Shown here: positions 7,906 to 13,421 of the stretch, one piece after another
Numbering within the stretch: position 1 is the stretch's first letter
Layout of the letters: every line of letters starts with the position of its first letter
NCBI GenBank assembly: GCA_033763905.1
Contig: JANRJP010000129.1
Span: forward strand, 1-17,983
Direction: 5' to 3'
Origin: Gemmatimonadaceae bacterium
GTDB taxonomy: Bacteria > Gemmatimonadota > Gemmatimonadetes > Gemmatimonadales > Gemmatimonadaceae
Length of the DNA: 17,983 nt
Notes under the pieces: model-generated
The model's input: the letters and a program-made list of their open reading frames with translations, nothing else
What the model was told of the DNA's origin: nothing
Databases searched by the model: none
Translations under genes and position numbers: made by a program

Positions 7906-10254
7906 ATGTCATTCCTTCGCATCTCCCAGCGCTTGACGATCGCGGCCGCGGCCGCCGTCATCGCGTCGGTGACCGGTTGCGTGGACAACCAGGCGCCGCT
8001 GTCGCCGGCCGCTTCGCAGGAAGCGCTGTCGCTGACCGCCCAGCTCCGCGTGTCCTCGTTGCTCGCCCAGCCGGGTGAGCGCATCGCCGTGTCGATCGAT
8101 CTCTCGTCGATGGGTCGCGTCGATGCCCAGCAGGGCTTCGTCCGCTACGACGCCTCGCTCCTCCGCTACGTCGGCCAGGATCAGCAGGCCGGCACGTGGT
8201 TCGTCGTCAACGACAAGAAGGCCGGTGAACTGCACGTGGCCTCGATGAACGTCAACGGCCTGCCGAAGTCGGCCGGCACGATGGTGTTCGAAGTCCTTGG
8301 CGCCGGCTACACCCGCGGCCTCGGCTACACCTTCGAGTACGGCAGCACGCTTCGCGACGGTATCGTCGCCGAAATCTCGTCGGCGCGTGTCGAAGACCTC
8401 ACGGTGGGCGGCACGGTGCCGACCGGCGCGTCGAAGCTCGACGAAATGGACCACCTGCTCGCCGCGTACGAACTCGACAAGGCCGAAGGCCGCGCGGGCC
8501 GCAAGCCCGGCTCGGCGAACTTCGTCCCGGGCGAGTATCGCCTGAACCTCGAGTACGGTGACGCCACGCTCGACGGTGTCGTGAACATCACCGACGCGAT
8601 CGTGGTCGTGAACGCCGCGGTCGGTCTGCAGGAGCTCATCACCGGCACCAACTCGCCGTCGCGTGACTTTGCGATCGCGGGCAACCCTGTGCCGTTCAAC
8701 ACCGGTGGCCCGGCGTCGCCCGGCACGGAGCCGAACGGCACCCGCATCATCAACGTGACGGACGCGACGACGATCGCGAACGGCGCGATCCTGAACAACC
8801 AGCCGGTGGTCCGTACGGTGATTCCGGGCCGTGGGCCGCTGCCGACGAACCGTGTGCTGGTGACCGGCAACATCACGTCGAATACGACGTGGACCGCGAA
8901 CAACATCTACGAGCTGCAGGGCATCGTGAGCGTGCAGGGCGGCGCCGCGTTGACCATCGAAGCGGGGACGCGCATCGAAGGCAATCAGGTCGCCGGCATC
9001 TCGGCCCTGTTCGTGCAGCGTGACGGGCAGATCTTCGCGAACGGCACGCAGGAGCGCCCGATCGTGATGACCTGCACCGGCACCAAGACCAAGGGCTGCT
9101 GGGGTGGTCTGTCGATCGGCGGTAATGCGCCGATCAACCAGACCGGCTTGGCGGTTGGCAACCAGCTCTCGCCGGCCATTGCGGGCCGTGCGACGGGCGG
9201 CTGCCTGCAGAGCCAGCAGGAAGGCGGTGGTCCGTTCTATGGCGGCTGCAACCCGGCCGACAACTCGGGCGTGCTGCGCTACCTGATCGTCGAGTTCGGC
9301 GGCTTCGTGCTCGGCACGAACAACGAGCTCAACAACATCACGCTCTCGGGCGTGGGCTACGGCACGACGGTCGACTACGTGCAGGCGCACGCCGGTCTTG
9401 ACGACGGCATCGAGCTGTTCGGCGGCACGGTGGACCTGAAGCACATCGTGATGACCGACAACTCGGACGACTCCTTCGACTACTCGCAGGGCTGGGCCGG
9501 TCGCGCGCAGTTCGGCATCATCTCGATGGATCCGCTCGACGGCGACAAGGGCTTCGAAGTGGACAACACCGAAGCCGCTGCCACCTACGATCGCGCCAGC
9601 CCCTGGGGCACGATCGGCGAAGTCTGGAACTTCACGCTGATCGGCTCGTACGCGGCGCCGTCGGGCAACCAGCCCGCTGACGCGATGCACCTGCGCCGCG
9701 GCACGCATACGCTGCAGGCCAACCTGCTCGTGTGGAACTGGGCGCGTGGTCTCGACATCGACGACGCGGCGACCTGCACGGCGGATCCGCAGGGCTTCTC
9801 GCTCGTCGTGCGCAACTCGTACTTCGGCCGGATGTTCACGGCCGTCGGCAACGCGGACACCGGCGATCCGGCCGGCTGCGGTGCCAGCGAGAGCGCCTTC
9901 CTGGTTGCCCAGGGCAACACCTTGGCCGACACGTCGAACGCGGCGGCGCATCCGTTCCTCGGCGCCAGCGCCGCGGCCTCGAACGCGCTCAACCGCACGC
10001 TTCCGGACTTCCGCCCGGCGGCCTCGTTCTCGAACACCGGCGCAGCGGTGCCCACGGCGGCCCGCGACAACGTGACGGCGAACGCCCTTGTGGCGTACCT
10101 CGCCACGGGTGACGTGCCGACCGGTACGACGGGCAACCTGACCCGTCCGGCGGGCTTCTTCGACGCCACCGCCACCTACTTCGGTGGTGTGGCGCCGGCG
10201 ACGGCCTCGCGCAACAACATCCCGTGGTACTCGGGCTGGGCGCGCGGCTCCTGA
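7906..10254 (+). CDS. Lipoprotein with cohesin-like domain, dockerin-like domain and acidic right-handed beta-helix (TBDR-associated secreted family)
   Basis: 782 aa from ATG 7906. Lipobox SVTG|C. Cohesin-like AQPGERIAVSID...QGFVRYDASLLRY...GELHVA...TMVFEVL (about 8032-8400). Dockerin-like YGDATLDGVVNITDAIVVVN...RIINVTDATTIAN (8554-8793). Beta-helix GNITSNTTW...LTIEAGT...ANGTQERPIVMT...WGGL...DNSGVLRY...DDGIELFGGTV...DDSFD...GFEVDN (about 8860-10251). Confidence 0.88.
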   Translation: MSFLRISQRLTIAAAAAVIASVTGCVDNQAPLSPAASQEALSLTAQLRVSSLLAQPGERIAVSIDLSSMGRVDAQQGFVRYDASLLRYVGQDQQAGTWFVVNDKKAGELHVASMNVNGLPKSAGTMVFEVLGAGYTRGLGYTFEYGSTLRDGIVAEISSARVEDLTVGGTVPTGASKLDEMDHLLAAYELDKAEGRAGRKPGSANFVPGEYRLNLEYGDATLDGVVNITDAIVVVNAAVGLQELITGTNSPSRDFAIAGNPVPFNTGGPASPGTEPNGTRIINVTDATTIANGAILNNQPVVRTVIPGRGPLPTNRVLVTGNITSNTTWTANNIYELQGIVSVQGGAALTIEAGTRIEGNQVAGISALFVQRDGQIFANGTQERPIVMTCTGTKTKGCWGGLSIGGNAPINQTGLAVGNQLSPAIAGRATGGCLQSQQEGGGPFYGGCNPADNSGVLRYLIVEFGGFVLGTNNELNNITLSGVGYGTTVDYVQAHAGLDDGIELFGGTVDLKHIVMTDNSDDSFDYSQGWAGRAQFGIISMDPLDGDKGFEVDNTEAAATYDRASPWGTIGEVWNFTLIGSYAAPSGNQPADAMHLRRGTHTLQANLLVWNWARGLDIDDAATCTADPQGFSLVVRNSYFGRMFTAVGNADTGDPAGCGASESAFLVAQGNTLADTSNAAAHPFLGASAAASNALNRTLPDFRPAASFSNTGAAVPTAARDNVTANALVAYLATGDVPTGTTGNLTRPAGFFDATATYFGGVAPATASRNNIPWYSGWARGS

Positions 10255-10276
10255 GCTGAGCTCCAGGCAAGTGCAA

Positions 10277-10320
10277 GACAGACACCCCGTCAGTGCGATG
10301 CACTGGCGGGGTGTCGTGTC
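10277..10320 (+). terminator. Long hairpin after the 10254 stop (16-bp stem with one G-U pair, extendable to about 20 bp; no U-tract)
   Basis: GACACCCCGTCAGTGC (10281-10296)-gat-GCACTGGCGGGGTGTC (10300-10315), plus GACA/TGTC. Confidence 0.65.
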
Positions 10321-10430
10321 ACGGCAGGTATCGGCCGTGCAACAGCACGGGTACGGCTCGTCTGGCGCGTAGGAGCAGGCGCCGATTCGCGCGATACTTC
10401 ACCTCTCTTCCATTAGGCGCTCCGCAGACA

Positions 10431-11744
10431 ATGACCGGTCGCACGCTTCTTCGGATTCTCGTCGGCCTCGTGCTGGTGAGTTGTGCCGATGCGACCGGCC
10501 CGGACATCGCCCCGCCGTATGTGGTCGTGCTCCCGCGGGTCACCGCCGTCCCCAACGCAGTGCTTCCGCCGCGGATCTGGTACCGCATCCGCAAGCTGTC
10601 GTCGCCGCAGGACTACGACGTCACCGTCACCGGCGGTCCACGCGACACAATTCGATTCTCCAAGCTCGACATCGCGACCTACGAAGTGACCGCGAACGGG
10701 TGGCCCGAACGCTGTCGGGTGACCGACGACGCCGACCGCCAGCAGGTCATCGTCTTTGCGCCCAATACGACGAGCCTCGTTCGACTGCGCGTCTTGTGTG
10801 AGCCGTCGTTGCAGGTCACGGCGTCGGTCGAAGGGGTGCCACCGACGGACAGCGTCATCTTCCGTCTCGTGCATCCCGACGGGCGGCTGGAAATCCGCAA
10901 GGGACGCATCGGCGATCGCACGATCGTCGATGGCTTGCCGGCTGGGACGTACCGCGTCGGCTACGGCCTGCTGCCACCCAACTGCGTGCCGCTCACGCCG
11001 GGTGGGGCGCTCACGGTGCCGATTACGGTGACCAACGCGGGCGGCAGCATCATCTCCGTGCGCTATCAGTGCATCCCGCCGAACATCAGTCCGCGCATCC
11101 TGTCGTTCCGGCCGACCTACGCCGACGGCTACATCGGATTCACGCTCCGCGCGGTGGACGCCAATCGCAATCTGGATCGCGTCGCGTTCGGCGTGACCGA
11201 CTGCGCCGGTCGATGGGTGGGCCAGACGAGCGAGCGCATCCGCAACGGATTCCTGAATCCGTTTGGTGTGAGTGAGGACACCAGCCAGGCGACGATTGCC
11301 ATTCCGTCACCGGTCGCGTCCGACTCGGTGACACGGTTCTGCGTCGCGGCGCGCGTGATCGACCGTGACGGCAACTCCAGCCCGGTGCGGGAGCAACGCA
11401 TCGAGCCGTCATCGGCCTTCGCCGCACCGATCGTGGACGCCGCCAACGCGGTGTTCCTGTCGCGCTTCGAAATGTCGATTCGGGTCACGGCGCACGACGT
11501 CGATGGGGATCTGGCCGGTGTGTACGCGCTGCTGACGCTGCGAGACGGCACCCTCAACGGCACCTTCGATGGCCAGCCGGACATCGCCGCGATGAACTCC
11601 ATCGGGTACCGCGGGCTGACCTTCCCGATTCTGCCGGTGGGCAACGGGCGTCCGGACATCGAAGCCTACGTCGATGTGGTGATGTTCGTCTTCGACCGGG
11701 CGGGCAACATCACGGTCATTCGCGACCGCAACCTGTACGCCTGA
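10431..11744 (+). CDS. Lipoprotein with two Cys-paired beta-sandwich modules and two Ig-like domains bearing Asp-rich turns
   Basis: 437 aa from ATG 10431, which gives a clean lipoprotein signal MTGRTLLRILVGLVLVS|C. Internal duplication: LRAVDANRNL...VIDRDGNSS and VTAHDVDGDL...VFDRAGNIT. The stop overlaps the next start (TGATG). Confidence 0.85.
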   Translation: MTGRTLLRILVGLVLVSCADATGPDIAPPYVVVLPRVTAVPNAVLPPRIWYRIRKLSSPQDYDVTVTGGPRDTIRFSKLDIATYEVTANGWPERCRVTDDADRQQVIVFAPNTTSLVRLRVLCEPSLQVTASVEGVPPTDSVIFRLVHPDGRLEIRKGRIGDRTIVDGLPAGTYRVGYGLLPPNCVPLTPGGALTVPITVTNAGGSIISVRYQCIPPNISPRILSFRPTYADGYIGFTLRAVDANRNLDRVAFGVTDCAGRWVGQTSERIRNGFLNPFGVSEDTSQATIAIPSPVASDSVTRFCVAARVIDRDGNSSPVREQRIEPSSAFAAPIVDAANAVFLSRFEMSIRVTAHDVDGDLAGVYALLTLRDGTLNGTFDGQPDIAAMNSIGYRGLTFPILPVGNGRPDIEAYVDVVMFVFDRAGNITVIRDRNLYA

Positions 11745-13402
11745 TGCGGTCCCGAGCGCTGTGGCCCTCGATCGCCGTCGCGGTGCTCGCCTGTGGCGAC
11801 AGTACTGGCGTCTCCACGGATCCGACGCGTTGCGATGCCGACGCCGCAGCGCCGTTAGCCCTCAGTGTCGGGCAGTCGCAGACCATCACGGGCGCTCGGG
11901 CCGGGTGTGCGCGCGTGCGTGATGCGGGGCTGTATCTCGTCAGTCCCCAACTGACGGGCGCCGTCACGCGGGCCACACGCTACGCCACGCAAGTCGGCAG
12001 TCCGGGCGCGCCGGTCGAACCGCCGGCCGGCACGACGCTTGGCGTCAGCGCCAGCGAGGCGAATCTGCACGCGGCCTTCGAGCGCCGACTGCGCACCTTC
12101 GAACGACAGGTCGCGCCCGAGGCCGCCGCGCGATACCAGCAGCGGGACCGCACGCTTCGCCTGCGCGAGGTGCCGGCGGTCGGGACGGCGAGCACCTTCT
12201 CCGTGCTGAACACGCTGGCGGTGTCGGAGGCCTTCGCGTCGGTGCGCGCCACGGCGGTCTACGTTGGTGCGAGCGTGATCGTGTACGCCGATACCGCGGC
12301 CGTCGGTGCCTTCTCCTCGGGGCAATGGGCGGCCTTTGGCGAGGTCTTCGACGCCTCGCTGCACCCGGCGGCGGTCTCCGCCTTCGGCGCCACGTCGGAC
12401 CTCGACGGCAACGGGCGCACGATCGTGCTGTTCACGCCCGTGGTCAACGCGCTCGTCAACGAACTCGAGTGCGCGCAACTCGGGTACGTGAACGGCTTCT
12501 TCTTCGCGAACGACCTGCGGCTGGGCGCGCCGGGCGGCAACGACGGGGAGATCTTCTACTCGTATGTGCCCGATCCGACGGGCCGGTGGAGCTGCCCGCA
12601 CGCCGCAGCGGAAGTCCGCGAGACGATTCCGCCGACATTCATTCACGAATTGCAGCATATGATCTCGTTTCACCAGCACGTCCTGGTGCGGCGAGGGGCG
12701 CCGGAAGTCACGTGGCTCAACGAAGGACTGAGTCACATCGCCGAAGAACTCGGCAGCCGCATTTGGGAAGCGCGGTATCCGCCGCCTGCCGGTCGGGCCA
12801 ATACCAGCCGTCTGCTACCCGACTCGGCCTACCCGTATCTGCGCGGTAACCTGACCAACGCGACCCGCTGGCTCGAATTCCCGACTGGGAGCTCGTTGAG
12901 CGTGCTCGCCGAGGACTCGCCGGGCACCTTGGGTGAGCGCGGCGCGGCGTGGCTATTCCTGCGTTGGCTTGCGGCGCACCGCGGTTCGGGCCTGTTCCGG
13001 GAGCTCGTACAGACGGCCCAGGTGGGCGCGCGCAACGTGGAAGCCGTCAGCGGACGCCCATTCGCTGCCGATGTCGCCGATTTCGCGACGGCTCTGTGGA
13101 TGGATTCGCTGCCCGGCGCGCCGCGCCCGACGGAACCCCGTCGGACCTTTGGTGACCGCAATCTGCGATCGCTCTTCTTCGAGTTTCAGCAGCGAGATCC
13201 CGCGCGTGCCTCAGGCACGTTCCCGCTCATTCCGCTCACGATCAGCGGCGAGCAGCGTCGATTGCTTGGCATCCCCGCTGGTGGGTTCGGCGTGCTGTCG
13301 TGGCAAGCCGGTTCGGGATCATTGCTGTCATTCCGTCGGCCGGACAATCGGGCGTTCGGGGATTCCCTCGGCGCACAGCTGGTCGTGACCCGCGTGCAGT
13401 AA
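11744..13402 (+). CDS. Lipoprotein zinc metallopeptidase (HEXXH plus downstream Glu, gluzincin-type; resembles M30/hyicolysin-like proteins)
   Basis: 552 aa. Lipobox AVLA|C. TFIHELQHMI (HELQH at 12644-12658) is followed by WLNEGLSHIAE (from 12713). Upstream motifs FGATSDLDGNGRTIVLF, GFFFANDL and NDGEIFY. Translationally coupled to the previous gene. Confidence 0.85.
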   Translation: MRSRALWPSIAVAVLACGDSTGVSTDPTRCDADAAAPLALSVGQSQTITGARAGCARVRDAGLYLVSPQLTGAVTRATRYATQVGSPGAPVEPPAGTTLGVSASEANLHAAFERRLRTFERQVAPEAAARYQQRDRTLRLREVPAVGTASTFSVLNTLAVSEAFASVRATAVYVGASVIVYADTAAVGAFSSGQWAAFGEVFDASLHPAAVSAFGATSDLDGNGRTIVLFTPVVNALVNELECAQLGYVNGFFFANDLRLGAPGGNDGEIFYSYVPDPTGRWSCPHAAAEVRETIPPTFIHELQHMISFHQHVLVRRGAPEVTWLNEGLSHIAEELGSRIWEARYPPPAGRANTSRLLPDSAYPYLRGNLTNATRWLEFPTGSSLSVLAEDSPGTLGERGAAWLFLRWLAAHRGSGLFRELVQTAQVGARNVEAVSGRPFAADVADFATALWMDSLPGAPRPTEPRRTFGDRNLRSLFFEFQQRDPARASGTFPLIPLTISGEQRRLLGIPAGGFGVLSWQAGSGSLLSFRRPDNRAFGDSLGAQLVVTRVQ

Positions 13403-13421
13403 CCCCGACTGGAGCCGTAGA

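Noticed and set aside
489..9951. Long antisense ORFs (489..2174, 3307..4296, 5870..7306, 7909..9951 and others)
   Set aside because: They lie opposite well-supported genes, show no domain motifs, and are expected shadows of high-GC codon bias.
5904..10430. ORF-track starts at 5904, 7861 and 10293
   Set aside because: ATGs at 5916, 7906 and 10431 give clean lipoprotein signal peptides. The 5904 start overlaps the SD and the other two begin inside hairpins.
12398..12415. DLDGNG in the peptidase as a dockerin repeat
   Set aside because: It is single, lacks the N-x-x-D plus helix continuation, and sits within the peptidase domain before a beta-strand.
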